Virus record (IMG/VR): IMGVR_UViG_3300017605_000342
Location: 96,875 to 160,874 of that record
Direction: 5' to 3' (one strand)
Length of the DNA stretch: 64,000 nucleotides
Source of the DNA: a virus
In this document: positions 1 through 10,165 of the stretch, in pieces
How positions within the stretch are numbered: the first letter of the stretch is position 1
How the letters are laid out: the number at the start of each line of letters is the position of its first letter
Position numbers and translations under genes: made by a program
The notes under the pieces: generated by a model
Seen by the model: only the letters and a program-made list of their open reading frames with translations
Told to the model about the DNA's origin: nothing
The model's database searches: none

Positions 1-3000
1 AATGACACGAATATTAGAACGTTCTAACTCATCGTTGAACTTTTGAATGTCATCAACATCCCCGAACAGTCTTTTCTTTTCTGCTCTAATTTCTTCTATT
101 CTATTAAACTGCTCTCTTTGAACGGAGTCAATTAATTCCTTAGCTTTTCCTACTTCGTTGAAAACACCCTCACTAAATCTAAGATCTGTAAGCTCACGAA
201 TTCTAGCTTCATTGCTTTCTATGCTAGAAAGAAATAACTGCAAATCCGATTCAATAAGTTCTAGGCGACGACGAACAGCTACTTGCGCATCTGCCAATCC
301 TGTTTCAATTGCTACACCTACACTCTTACCTAGCTCTTGTGCTTCTTTAGGCAAAGCTCTTTGAGCAGCAACCAACGGGGCCTGCACAGTATTGCGCAAA
401 AGCTCTTTCATACCCACACCACCGCTGGCAGGGGCTTTTGCAAGCTCTTTGTCAATTTCTGTGATCTTCTTTATAAGCAACTGTCTTGCTTCGAAGATTG
501 GAACAGATCCTTTTATGATTTCTTTCTTTCTTACTTCAGAAGTTTCTTTTTCTAAAAGTCTGCTCTTTTCTATAATTTGTACATGTGTTTCTTTAAGTTC
601 ATCAAGTAATCCTGCACGTTGTGTAGTCAATTCTTGCAGTGCTTTTTCTGGAAGTTTACTTACCTCTGCTGCTCCCACTATTTGATCCAATGCTTGGTTT
701 ACAGCCTTGACAGCGTTAGCCACAGCAGCCGGACCTATAGTAACTGCACCGATAGCCCCACTACCAGTACCACGGCTCTTTTCCGCAATCTGGCGGTTCA
801 AAGATTCCAGAGCAGTTTCCGCTCTTTCCGCATTGTCCGCAAGTGATTTGAATGGATTGATGCTTGCGATCTTAAGTAAGATAGAGGCTAAGTCTGTTAC
901 TGTAGACAGTAAACTACCAAAGACAGATCCTAAAGAAGATGCAAAATTAGTAATAGTGTCTTCGTTTTTTTCGAAAACTTCGATGATACGCTGCAATCCT
1001 GAAAGAGAAGCGTCGAACAACCCTTTAGAGAATGCACCAGAAAATATTTTTAGAAACAGTTCAACTTTGTCTAGAAGTCGTGCAAATATTCTGTCAGATA
1101 ACTGCAAGCTCTTGGCTTGGTTGCTAGACAAAGACACCAGCACTTCAAATAGATTGCCTTCTTCTTTAGCTGTTCTGACTATCGCTGCTAGTTCATCGCT
1201 TGTTCTCTTCAGTGCACGCGGCAACGCATCTCGGGCAGTTACACCTTCTGTAAGTAACTTACTGATTTCTGAAACTGTACGTCTGGCATCCTTTAAGGAA
1301 ATACCAACCGAACCCAAATCCTGAATAATAAGCTCTACGGAACCTACAGCCTTCTCGATGTCACCACCAACAGCACGTAAACCACCCGACTGCACAAAGG
1401 ATTCGAATGCCTGCTGGAAAACTTCGCTCGACGTGTTTACTCTAGTCGATGCAAGTTCTAGTCGTCTAGTTAGAGCTTCGGCAGCTTCCGTTCCCAACTC
1501 AAAGTTAGTAGCAATATCCGCAGAAAATCTGACGTTCTGTAGTAAGATTTCTCTTACTTGAATCATACGTTCTTGAAAGTCAATCAAGAATGCCAATCCC
1601 TTCTGTATTGCTAATCCAACACCTTCGATAGGTGCCAAAGCACTACTGATAAGTGGGCCAGCTAATCTCCAAGCCAACTGGAACTTAATAACCGAACCTA
1701 CCGACTGTCCTATGTTCTTCTCAAACCCTTTTAAGATCTCGTTGAAGAACGTTCCTTTAGCGTTTGCTTTATCTTGTTCACGCTGAACTTTACGCAGATC
1801 TGTAATCACCGCTGTCATTGATGGTGGAGGCGGTGTTACAGGGGGCTTAACTGGAATAGGTGGGGTACCCGGAGGCGCACCAGGAGGTGGTGCTAATCCA
1901 ACACCGGGCGGATGTGCGCGTAGTTGTGCGATCTCTTTTTCAATCACACGTATGCGCTCTAGTCTCTGTTTTTCAACAGCATCTAGTTGCTTATCGACAG
2001 CTTTTGCAGCCAACACTTTTTCAGTATTAGCTGAACTGTTAAGAAACTTTATATTGTCGTTAATGAACTGCTGACGCTTAATCTGTTCATCAGCCAATAA
2101 AGCTTTCTCTGTGTCTAGTTGTTTTTCTTTAGATTCTATCTCTCTATTGTGCTGATCTAGTAGTCTTTTTTCTTCTGCTAATCGTTCTTTTCTTAGCTTT
2201 GTGGCTTCCTTGTTACTGTCCTTGGAGATCTTAATAGTTCTCTCTGTTTCGTCAGTAAGTGTTTTAAGCTTCTTCGCACTTAGCTCATTAAATGCTGTTG
2301 CTATGTCTTCGTTAGCCTGATCTTGAGCTTTTTTATTGTCAGAGATAGTCTGTTGAAATGCCGCTTTTTCTTTCTGTGTCTTAGCTTCGTTAGCTTCTAA
2401 GGATAATTGTATACCCTTTGCTTCTAGCTCAGCTTTACGCAACACTAACTTCTCAAAGTCCGGTAGCTGTGCTTCAAAATCCTTAACTTGCTTTTCAAAC
2501 GTGTCAGTACTTTTAGTAGCTGCGGGTTTGGGAACAATCTGAAGTTCTTGTAATCTCTTTAGACTACCCGCCTTGTCTATTTCGCTTAGTTTGTTATTTG
2601 CAGCAGTAGCTTCTTGCTGGCGACGGGTACTTAAATCCTTTTCAGCACGTAGCAATTCCTCGTTAAGCGCAATAATATCGGCGTTCGCTCCGCGCTTTCT
2701 TAGCTTGCTAGTAGCAATCTCCTGCTGCTCGGCCTTATCTATGGCGGCGGCGGCTGTTGTAGTTTTGCTTTTTGCATCTGCTTCTGCTGCGTCTCTTATC
2801 TTATTAAACTCGACAGAAGCTTGCTTAGATGCGGCAATAATCTTATTAGGCAACGCCCCCGCAATGCGGTCGAATTGCGTTCCAAAAGACTTCAGCAACC
2901 CTAGCTCTTCATTCAGGGTTTTCTGCAAAGTCGCAACTTCATGCTGACGCGATGCATCGTTCTGAGCTGCTAGCAAATTATCTGCGGCCTTCTCGATGTC

Positions 3001-4614
3001 AACACGCTTCTGTAAAAAATCCAACTGCAAAGATTCTAACTTAGCCAAATCCGCCCGAACTTTGTCGGCTTTGGGCAAACCAGTGGGCAGGTCTACAACA
3101 GCGGCTTTCAAACCTACAACAGTGTCCGCTCGCGCTGACTGTTTCTCGGATATGGTCTTGAAAATCTTTGCACGGTCTGCATCTAGACGCAGTTGTTTTG
3201 AAATCTCGGCAGTGATAGCCTTTTCAGTTTCAAGGGACTGTCGTTGTAGAGTATTAAGTTCTGCGGTAAGTTCTAAAGAAGCTTTTTTAAGATCTTCTAT
3301 TTCCCCTTCTACTTTAGCAACATTGGCTGTTTCTTCGTTGCTTAAAGAAATACCAGTGCCTTTCTTCTTAGAAAGATCTCGTCTAAGTAACAAGGATTCA
3401 TTGTCAGATTCAAGTTTACGAATCTTTGACTGTATGTCTAAGAATTCTTGTATCTTCTTATTAAGTTGTTCTTGTAAAGCTATGTTCGCCTGGATCTTTG
3501 TTGGATGTAGCGGGTTTGATACAGGCACTTTAAATGCTGCGGCCTGTACAGCAAACGCCTTTGCGCGAGCTAGGGCATCTTCTGCTGCCTTAGAGAAATC
3601 AGTTACAGCTTCTCCAAGCGGACGAAATGTTTCTCCTTCTTCTGTGATCTTGAACCCAACACGCTTAACCAGCTCAAGAACAGCTTTCCCACCACGTTCT
3701 GCGGTTCTAAACTGGTCCGCCTCACCGTCAGATGCAATCTTATTTAGAGCAGTTGTTGTTTCCTTCTTTGAATTAATTCGACGCTTTTCTAGCTCAGCTA
3801 AAGACTCAAAGTTCTTGCGAGCAGCATTTAAATCGGACTTACTAACCGAACTGCTGTCTAAAGATATCTGTCTTTGTAACGACAAAAATCTTTCCAAAGA
3901 ATCCAAAAATTCTGGAGAAAACCCTTTGGCTACTTTGGCAAAATCTATTCTAGTTTGTAGCAACGATGCGTCATGGATCGCTGCCATTCCTTTTCCTAAA
4001 GTGTCTAAGAACTCTTTCAGTTCTTTGGAACGCTTTGCGGCTGTTGACGAACTATTACTTAGTTTAAGAAGTTTATTAGAAAGTAATTCAAGTTTTTCTT
4101 GTGTTTCGTTAGTACCCTTGATACCACGAAATGCATCAATAAATCCTTCACCAACTAGCTTCTTGATGGAATTAAGTTCTCTGGTAATCTTTGCTTTTTC
4201 GGCTGCTAGATTACCACCAATTTCTGTTATACCTGCTTTTTCGGCGGCCCGAGTTTTCCCAAGTTTTACTTGGATATTTTCCAAAACGGTCAGAGGGTTA
4301 GCGTCAAGTGTTTTCTGGGCAGTAGACGCAGCTTTAGCTAGCTGTGCAGCAAGATCTTTATCATCGACCTCAAATGTAGTTTTGAAGGGCTTTGAGAAGT
4401 TCTTGTTTAAATCTTCAACAGCAGTCTTGATTAGATTTTTCTGTGTATTTAGATTTGCTTCTAACTTTGTAATAGATTTTTGATCTATGTTAAAGTTAAG
4501 AGACGTAGTAGTAATAGTCTTAGAAAAGACCTCCCACTGCTTGGCCAGTTCTTCGACCTTACGTCCGAAATCCTTCCCGTCTAATAGTACACTAAAAATT
4601 TCTTGAAATGCCAT
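1..4614 (-). CDS. Tape measure protein (partial, runs off left edge; >=1538 aa)
   Basis: The ATG at 4614 overlaps the upstream TAA and reads MAFQEIFSVLLDGKDFGRKVEELAK. Long Ala/Glu/Lys-rich helical sequence with a tape-measure-like segment (VFQQAFESFVQSGG...SVGISLKDARRTVSEISKLL). Lies directly after the tail chaperones. Absent from the ORF track because it has no stop in the window; not every codon was checked. Confidence 0.85.
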   Translation of the reverse strand, partial: MAFQEIFSVLLDGKDFGRKVEELAKQWEVFSKTITTTSLNFNIDQKSITKLEANLNTQKNLIKTAVEDLNKNFSKPFKTTFEVDDKDLAAQLAKAASTAQKTLDANPLTVLENIQVKLGKTRAAEKAGITEIGGNLAAEKAKITRELNSIKKLVGEGFIDAFRGIKGTNETQEKLELLSNKLLKLSNSSSTAAKRSKELKEFLDTLGKGMAAIHDASLLQTRIDFAKVAKGFSPEFLDSLERFLSLQRQISLDSSSVSKSDLNAARKNFESLAELEKRRINSKKETTTALNKIASDGEADQFRTAERGGKAVLELVKRVGFKITEEGETFRPLGEAVTDFSKAAEDALARAKAFAVQAAAFKVPVSNPLHPTKIQANIALQEQLNKKIQEFLDIQSKIRKLESDNESLLLRRDLSKKKGTGISLSNEETANVAKVEGEIEDLKKASLELTAELNTLQRQSLETEKAITAEISKQLRLDADRAKIFKTISEKQSARADTVVGLKAAVVDLPTGLPKADKVRADLAKLESLQLDFLQKRVDIEKAADNLLAAQNDASRQHEVATLQKTLNEELGLLKSFGTQFDRIAGALPNKIIAASKQASVEFNKIRDAAEADAKSKTTTAAAAIDKAEQQEIATSKLRKRGANADIIALNEELLRAEKDLSTRRQQEATAANNKLSEIDKAGSLKRLQELQIVPKPAATKSTDTFEKQVKDFEAQLPDFEKLVLRKAELEAKGIQLSLEANEAKTQKEKAAFQQTISDNKKAQDQANEDIATAFNELSAKKLKTLTDETERTIKISKDSNKEATKLRKERLAEEKRLLDQHNREIESKEKQLDTEKALLADEQIKRQQFINDNIKFLNSSANTEKVLAAKAVDKQLDAVEKQRLERIRVIEKEIAQLRAHPPGVGLAPPPGAPPGTPPIPVKPPVTPPPPSMTAVITDLRKVQREQDKANAKGTFFNEILKGFEKNIGQSVGSVIKFQLAWRLAGPLISSALAPIEGVGLAIQKGLAFLIDFQERMIQVREILLQNVRFSADIATNFELGTEAAEALTRRLELASTRVNTSSEVFQQAFESFVQSGGLRAVGGDIEKAVGSVELIIQDLGSVGISLKDARRTVSEISKLLTEGVTARDALPRALKRTSDELAAIVRTAKEEGNLFEVLVSLSSNQAKSLQLSDRIFARLLDKVELFLKIFSGAFSKGLFDASLSGLQRIIEVFEKNEDTITNFASSLGSVFGSLLSTVTDLASILLKIASINPFKSLADNAERAETALESLNRQIAEKSRGTGSGAIGAVTIGPAAVANAVKAVNQALDQIVGAAEVSKLPEKALQELTTQRAGLLDELKETHVQIIEKSRLLEKETSEVRKKEIIKGSVPIFEARQLLIKKITEIDKELAKAPASGGVGMKELLRNTVQAPLVAAQRALPKEAQELGKSVGVAIETGLADAQVAVRRRLELIESDLQLFLSSIESNEARIRELTDLRFSEGVFNEVGKAKELIDSVQREQFNRIEEIRAEKKRLFGDVDDIQKFNDELERSNIRVI

Positions 4615-5456
4615 TATTTAAACCTGCGGTTTATTTGACGTACTTTGCGAGTTCTCTGTTCTTTAGAAACAGCCTGTGGCTTTCGTTTTGCTACTGCTCT
4701 TTCTACAAACTGAGATCTTTTAATTGCCTTAAGTCTAGAACCTCGTGGCTTGTTTGCAATATGAGAATCCCCAGTTACTATGTTATCTACAGACTGTGCG
4801 CCTATAGCTACTACGACAGCAGCCTCACGAAATATGGTAGCCGGGCTACGACCGCCTAATCTACCATCCAACCTTTTGTTAGGTTGAAACGAAGCACGCA
4901 TTTGCCTGGCAATCATAGTCTTGACTTTTTGCATCTCTTCTAGAGTTGCATTTTCAAGAGCTATAAAGTCTGATTCACCGCTAATACCTTTTGCTACTGC
5001 GTTTGCCATTCCAATACGCAAAGCTTCACGAGCATCGGCCAGTGCTGTACGTATGAATCGTTTGGGTGGATAACCTGGATGGGTGATAATGTAACCCTTA
5101 GGAGTTACTAACCTACCGCCGCGCCCTAAAACCCTAAAGCCGTATGTTCTACCTTTGTATGTAGGAAAAGACATCTGATCTGGCGGCTCTGGATTATCAT
5201 CTCCTGGAATGTTATATTCTTCAGAGACACCACCAACACCAAATTCTGGAGCCGCCTTAACCTTCGTGGCCGTACCAAATTCCTGCCACAACACCCATTC
5301 AAGGGCATTTGTGGTAGGATCAGTACCACCGGTAGGTATAAGGATCTTGGCTCCAATAGGATTCTTAAATAAATCTCTGCGCTTTCTAAGTTCAGCGCCT
5401 ATCCCAGAATCTAAGATGCCACGAGATCCAACACTCTTGACTGTTATCTTTGCCAT
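4614..5456 (-). CDS. Tail completion/neck protein, HK97 gp10-like
   Basis: W-x-EFGT and HPGYPPKRFIRTAL motifs typical of this family; tail-module position. Confidence 0.55.
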   Translation of the reverse strand: MAKITVKSVGSRGILDSGIGAELRKRRDLFKNPIGAKILIPTGGTDPTTNALEWVLWQEFGTATKVKAAPEFGVGGVSEEYNIPGDDNPEPPDQMSFPTYKGRTYGFRVLGRGGRLVTPKGYIITHPGYPPKRFIRTALADAREALRIGMANAVAKGISGESDFIALENATLEEMQKVKTMIARQMRASFQPNKRLDGRLGGRSPATIFREAAVVVAIGAQSVDNIVTGDSHIANKPRGSRLKAIKRSQFVERAVAKRKPQAVSKEQRTRKVRQINRRFK

Positions 5457-5458
5457 TG

Positions 5459-5881
5459 TTAGACACTCCAGTCAGACAGATATCTACGCAACACATCGAA
5501 GTCACTCGCTACTTCACTTAAGGACTTGTTAGGTGCGATCTGAGGATCATATCCAACTATCTTAGACGAGTCATGCGCTGCCGCAACATCTGCGTCATAC
5601 GGACGCTTCTTAGCATCCTCTGAAACTGTCTGTGATGAATTTGAATAGTCGTTGTATTCGTACTGTGGCGCGTTACTATTACGTCCTAGTCTCTCGTCCA
5701 TGCGCTTAGAATTAACATGGGCAGCATGGGACATCATAATGATTTGAGGCATCGTTAGATGCATCACATCACGCATAGGCCAGTGGTAAGCCTGACAGAA
5801 AGAGTCAACGATTAGTAAAGGATTGTCTTTGTCGTCAATGCCCGACTTTATACCATCAGACGAGCTAGTTGTGGAAAAAAA
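5459..5881 (-). CDS. Tail assembly chaperone -1 frameshift extension (gpT-like)
   Basis: The -1 frame from the T7 run is open (FSTTSSSDGIKSGIDDKDNPLLIVDSFCQAYHWP) and continues in frame into ORF 5459..5776 (MRDVMHLTMPQI). Confidence 0.8.
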   Translation of the reverse strand, partial: FFSTTSSSDGIKSGIDDKDNPLLIVDSFCQAYHWPMRDVMHLTMPQIIMMSHAAHVNSKRMDERLGRNSNAPQYEYNDYSNSSQTVSEDAKKRPYDADVAAAHDSSKIVGYDPQIAPNKSLSEVASDFDVLRRYLSDWSV

Positions 5882-6315
5882 CTTGTAAAATCCTCGATGA
5901 TGTTGTTTTTTGAAATCTGCATCAAAACAACTTCAAGCATTTTAAACGGGGTCTTGCAAAGCTGCTTGCACTCGTCTATCGTTATTGTAGGCTCAGTTGC
6001 TGCCAGAACAATCAACGTCATCTGGGGTAAGGTGCTTTCAAACATTCCAAAGACTTTATCCAAGTCAATATCTGATATTGAAAAACCAATAGTGGTCTTC
6101 CCACCTTCTTGGGCTTCTTTAGCCTTAGAAAGAATTTCGTTGAATAGCGGTTTTAGGAACAGAGTAAACTTCATGTACGAATCATATTCAAGATCTACGA
6201 TCTTAAACGTACGGCCACTAAGTTCAATTGAGTGCTGGGAAAGTTCGGGGATGTTAAGTGTAGCACCTATAATCTGTTCTTGAGTAAGGTCTACTTTCTT
6301 GGTGCGGGTTGCCAT
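5848..6315 (-). CDS. Tail assembly chaperone (gpG-like)
   Basis: Lies between tail tube and tape measure; ends in a slippery T7 run (..TSFFPQ..). Confidence 0.8.
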   Translation of the reverse strand: MATRTKKVDLTQEQIIGATLNIPELSQHSIELSGRTFKIVDLEYDSYMKFTLFLKPLFNEILSKAKEAQEGGKTTIGFSISDIDLDKVFGMFESTLPQMTLIVLAATEPTITIDECKQLCKTPFKMLEVVLMQISKNNIIEDFTSFFPQLARLMV

Positions 6316-6370
6316 TAGGCTCCTTTCGGGTTAGCTGGGGTGTTGTACCCACCCCAGCCCTTTAAACAAA

Positions 6371-6988
6371 TTAAGCGAAGAATGTCATTGAGAAGAACGA
6401 TTCAACTGAGCTACCTGATGCCGTAAACGACTTCAGTTTGCCCTGTCCCTGCAATTCTAGGAACTCACCGTTCTGCTGGAAGTTAAACGTCAAGTCACAA
6501 GACGGTGTGTACAACTGAATTTCCTTTCCGTCTAGCTTGTTCTGTAGTACTAGCAACATAGCCTTTGTGACGATATCTTCCGAACCCACCTGATAGTTAA
6601 TGGTAGATCCTGACACGACAGTAGATGCAGTCAAACCTGACACCTGTTCGAATGCCACGTCGTCAAACTGCGACAGGTTGAACTCGATGCTGGCAGTCTT
6701 TTCACCTACGTATGACTGACGCAAAACCAAGTCAATACCAGTCTTGATTTCCTTAATTTCTTTGGTATACGTCACTGTTGCAACAGATTCGATGATTCCC
6801 AAGTCTGTCCAGCCAGATGGCGTAGCTCCATTACTCTTGGTAAAGTATGCCTGCACTGGAGCTGCGGTAATAGATTCTTCGTTCTTGATGTACACGCGTG
6901 GTGCCGGAACGAACTTAACTACCTGAGTACCAGTACGCCCAGAGGTAATGGGGTTCTGTCTTGTATTCTTATTAACGATAACAGCCAT
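6371..6988 (-). CDS. Major tail tube protein
   Basis: 205 aa beta-rich protein with a GWTDLG motif; position between terminator and chaperones. Confidence 0.75.
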   Translation of the reverse strand: MAVIVNKNTRQNPITSGRTGTQVVKFVPAPRVYIKNEESITAAPVQAYFTKSNGATPSGWTDLGIIESVATVTYTKEIKEIKTGIDLVLRQSYVGEKTASIEFNLSQFDDVAFEQVSGLTASTVVSGSTINYQVGSEDIVTKAMLLVLQNKLDGKEIQLYTPSCDLTFNFQQNGEFLELQGQGKLKSFTASGSSVESFFSMTFFA

Positions 6989-7018
6989 ATTTTATGGTAA
7001 CTCCTATATGATTACTTA

Positions 7019-7438
7019 CTACTGTAAGATGATGTAATGCCGTAAATCAAAAGTAGCATTACTGTGGTAAATTCCTACTTCGGGAATTCGAATAAATCGA
7101 ATCACGTCCCTGTCCCAGAAAATGTTTGTGCCCGTTGGGACTGGTGCTGCCGGGTTGCTGTAATTATACTTTTCAGTGTAGAATCGTTTCGACAACAGAT
7201 TGAACACTTGCTGCTCTGCGTCCACTCCATCCAACTCACGTTCGTACACGATGTCAATACTTACAGTAAGTTCGTTAAGGTGTGGGTCGTAGCCCGCCAC
7301 GAGAAAGCCTATGTTAACCGCGTTAGTTTTAAATATCGAGTACTCAGGGTAGTCTGGGTCATCTCTAATCGGATGTACCGACAACCCCGTCAATTCAGCA
7401 TTTAACAATGATAAGAAAGTGTCGCGGCAGTTTCTCAT
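7019..7438 (-). CDS. Putative tail terminator protein
   Basis: Size and synteny, immediately upstream of the tail tube. Confidence 0.5.
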   Translation of the reverse strand: MRNCRDTFLSLLNAELTGLSVHPIRDDPDYPEYSIFKTNAVNIGFLVAGYDPHLNELTVSIDIVYERELDGVDAEQQVFNLLSKRFYTEKYNYSNPAAPVPTGTNIFWDRDVIRFIRIPEVGIYHSNATFDLRHYIILQ

Positions 7439-7905
7439 TAGTAACCAGATGTGCGCTTGTCACGTTCATCAAAAGATAGACTCAAAAATTCTGGATCATA
7501 GTCAATGGTTAGCCCATGACACTTAATGTCTACAGAGTTACTCCAACGACTCGTTGCATTATTCTTATTCCTGAAATAACGTTTTGGGTTAGGATCGGGT
7601 TCTGTTTTATAGACAATGGAAACTCTATCCCCATAGTCTTCTTTATACGGCCCTATTGAATTGATCTTGGCCGTTACCCAATCTACCTGTCGATCAACCT
7701 CATGGAACAAAAGCCTCTTTTTCTGAAAGACTTTGTAGCCCACATTCTCAAAGTGTTTAACTAACCACTTTGTTCCGGTCGCCGTCTCAGTAAATCGAAT
7801 TGTCATCAAAGGCTTTGTTGTATCGGCGATTGTTAGCTTAGGCCACAGTCCAGCAAACATGCTCGCTAATCCGGTTTTTAGTAGAGTTCTTCGTAACATA
7901 CTCAC
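7438..7905 (-). CDS. Hypothetical protein with twin-arginine-like N-terminus
   Basis: MSMLRRTLLKTGLASMFAGLWPKLTIA; translationally coupled within the operon. Confidence 0.5.
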   Translation of the reverse strand: MSMLRRTLLKTGLASMFAGLWPKLTIADTTKPLMTIRFTETATGTKWLVKHFENVGYKVFQKKRLLFHEVDRQVDWVTAKINSIGPYKEDYGDRVSIVYKTEPDPNPKRYFRNKNNATSRWSNSVDIKCHGLTIDYDPEFLSLSFDERDKRTSGY

Positions 7906-7906
7906 C

Positions 7907-8329
7907 CTAACGGTCAGTAGACCTGTAGAACCCTAAGTAAGCCACCGTAACAGAGTTTACTCCAGGATCTTTGAAATCTATCAACCTGAAAATTTCTTCA
8001 ACACCCAAAGAATCTTTCAGCACAAGTACCGTATCTTTGCTGGTAAACTCTTCACGTGTGATGCTATCTACCGACATTACAAACAACCAATCATCCACTA
8101 ACAAAATACTGCTACCTTGTAAATATGGAGATGATCGGTCTAATCTCAAACATGCGGGTTGTGGGTCTAACACTGTGTCCGCTTCAGATATGATAACGGA
8201 ACGTCCTAGTAAAGCACTACCGCCACTACGTGAGATCGTACGCTTGTAAGCAGTACGTTCGGTAATGGGAGCAAACTCTTCTAAGATATCAATAACTGTT
8301 TGGCGTAGTTCATCTGACAACGCAGACAT
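7907..8329 (-). CDS. Putative head-closure protein
   Basis: Size and synteny after the adaptor. Confidence 0.45.
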   Translation of the reverse strand: MSALSDELRQTVIDILEEFAPITERTAYKRTISRSGGSALLGRSVIISEADTVLDPQPACLRLDRSSPYLQGSSILLVDDWLFVMSVDSITREEFTSKDTVLVLKDSLGVEEIFRLIDFKDPGVNSVTVAYLGFYRSTDR

Positions 8330-8332
8330 TGA

Positions 8333-8965
8333 TTATGACCTATAAACCTTGTCCGCTTGCAACATATACGGTGAAAGATACTGCATTGCCTGGGTGGAAA
8401 CTGAGGCGGTAAGGGAGGCTGCACCGGACGAAGACACCTTAGCAGCATCTTGGTAGGTTGTGGCCTTTCTAATAGGACCAGGCAACTCTACTTCCTCGCT
8501 CTTTATCCCGGCCAGTATTTTTGCAGAAGTAGTGACCAAAGCCGTATCCGTGCTGGTAAAATTTTTCAAAAATATTGCCTGCTCACACTGAGCAATTTTA
8601 ACAGCCTCTGGGATATAGGTATCTCCACTGATAGAGTCAACGTCTAGGTTACGCGGAAATTGTAGATTTTGATTCCAAGTATATCTTACAGGATATTGTA
8701 CATGTAAAAAATCATGCACCAACCCTGTTTGAGAATCATAATGTAGTGTTAGTTCCCTACGTTCTAAAACGTAGGTGTACTTAAACTGTTCAATGATTAA
8801 AGCGGCTTGGACTAGTAACGATTGCTTTTGCCCATCCCCCAAAGCTTCCCATGTAGAAGTCTTAGTTGTGTCAAAGTGATCGCTGAAATACTCATCTGCG
8901 TAGGCCACATTAATATATGAATTACTGTATTCACCACTTATTGTGTCATCCACCAGAACAGCCAC
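8333..8965 (-). CDS. Head-tail adaptor (DnaT-like / gp6-like connector)
   Basis: NSYINVAYADEYF, QNLQFPR and IPEAVKIAQCEQA motifs characteristic of this adaptor family. Confidence 0.7.
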   Translation of the reverse strand: MAVLVDDTISGEYSNSYINVAYADEYFSDHFDTTKTSTWEALGDGQKQSLLVQAALIIEQFKYTYVLERRELTLHYDSQTGLVHDFLHVQYPVRYTWNQNLQFPRNLDVDSISGDTYIPEAVKIAQCEQAIFLKNFTSTDTALVTTSAKILAGIKSEEVELPGPIRKATTYQDAAKVSSSGAASLTASVSTQAMQYLSPYMLQADKVYRS

Positions 8966-9479
8966 GAGCTTTCTCCCGTTTTAATTCATGTTCCTTAGCA
9001 TGTCTTAGTCTGTGACAATTAGCACACAGAACTACCACACCAAGAGCCACTTCTTCTAGTATTTTCTCCCAAGTCGTAAGTAACAGCGTATTAAAATAGT
9101 TTTGTTTCTTACTTGGGTTAGTGTGATGAAAGTCAAATACTTCCGTATAGTCACAAATAAAACCACAATCGTAACATCTTCCACCTAAGTGGGCTATCAA
9201 CTTTCTTTTGACTTGTATTCTTCGGGCTTGCTGTGTAAGATTGTAAAGATTACTGCAAACTTGACAGTATTTAGTGCCGAGTTTTATAGGGTTTTTGCTG
9301 CAACGAATACACAGTCCGCCGACTAGATTTTTGACTCTGTATAAACTAATTCTACTGGCCGGATTTGAGCACTTTTCGCAGTACTTACAATACCAAGTAC
9401 GTTTTCTTCGCGGATTGGGATCAATCTTACTGTAATTTGTTTTACAAATCCCACAGAGTTGCGGTTCAAGACTAGCCAT
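8946..9479 (-). CDS. HNH endonuclease
   Basis: GGRCYDCG...FDFHH...LCANCHRLRH, plus N-terminal CxxC pairs. Confidence 0.85.
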   Translation of the reverse strand: MASLEPQLCGICKTNYSKIDPNPRRKRTWYCKYCEKCSNPASRISLYRVKNLVGGLCIRCSKNPIKLGTKYCQVCSNLYNLTQQARRIQVKRKLIAHLGGRCYDCGFICDYTEVFDFHHTNPSKKQNYFNTLLLTTWEKILEEVALGVVVLCANCHRLRHAKEHELKREKARGCSGG

Positions 9480-9494
9480 GTGTCGACAACTCCA

Positions 9495-9797
9495 TTAACT
9501 AGGTTCACCCTTTCTCGGTGGCTTAGCCCCAAGAGCTTTATTAATGATTTCAACAGTCTTGGCAGCTTTTTCGTTAGATGTTGTTTTCGGTGTGTTATAA
9601 TCTTCTACAATTTCTATAGCTTTTTTTAACTTTTCCGAATCAATCTCAAGTTTTTTTGATAAGTTTGCTTGCTCAGCTATCAGTTTTTCTGCTGCTGCCT
9701 GTACTTCTACAAAAGGAGTTGTATTAATTGGAATAGCCGCTTGCTGTATCATCACTCCTACAAGATTTCCATTACCATCGTTGATATACTCGATCAT
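9495..9797 (-). CDS. Hypothetical protein
   Basis: ORF coupled to its neighbours; coiled-coil-like. Confidence 0.5.
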   Translation of the reverse strand: MIEYINDGNGNLVGVMIQQAAIPINTTPFVEVQAAAEKLIAEQANLSKKLEIDSEKLKKAIEIVEDYNTPKTTSNEKAAKTVEIINKALGAKPPRKGEPS

Positions 9798-10003
9798 AGG
9801 GTTCTTTCAGCAACACCTTCTGCTTTGCCTTCTGAATGAGAAAGTTTTTTAGTTACTTCCAGCAATTGTGTCAGACGGCTATTCAATGAAAGTTCAATTT
9901 TCTGAATGTCATTAGCTGTTCTTCGTTGTGCCAGCAGCGTAAGGATGTTAGTCAAAAAAACAGTCAGTATTCCTATCAGTGTTACAAAACTAGATAAATC
10001 CAT
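9794..10003 (-). CDS. Small membrane protein (possibly holin-like)
   Basis: Single N-terminal hydrophobic helix followed by a coiled-coil. Confidence 0.4.
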   Translation of the reverse strand: MDLSSFVTLIGILTVFLTNILTLLAQRRTANDIQKIELSLNSRLTQLLEVTKKLSHSEGKAEGVAERTL

Positions 10004-10021
10004 GATATTACCAATTTGTGG

Positions 10022-10096
10022 TGGTGGAGACGGTGAGAATCGAACTCACCCACGTGCATTGCAAGTGCGCATCGCCCCCTTGGTACATGCGCCCCC
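10022..10096 (-). tRNA. tRNA-Ala(TGC), copy 1
   Basis: GGGGGCG/CGTCTCC acceptor with G3:U70, anticodon loop CTTGCAA, T-loop TTCGATT, A73, encoded CCA (followed by a second CCA). D-arm is non-canonical. Confidence 0.85.
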
Positions 10097-10100
10097 ACTG

Positions 10101-10159
10101 AAAAATTGGGTGAGGCTAACTGCTCATCATTATAACGCGACTCGCTCGTTGCCCCACCC
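10101..10159 (-). terminator. Probable intrinsic terminator after the capsid gene
   Basis: GGGTGGGGC...GCCTCACCC stem followed by AATTTTT; large internal loop. Confidence 0.45.
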
Positions 10160-10165
10160 TCTTCC

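Noticed and set aside
158-4483. Long plus-strand ORFs (e.g. 2996..4483, 707..1324)
   Set aside because: Antisense shadows of the tape measure gene; Ser/Leu-rich and without motifs.
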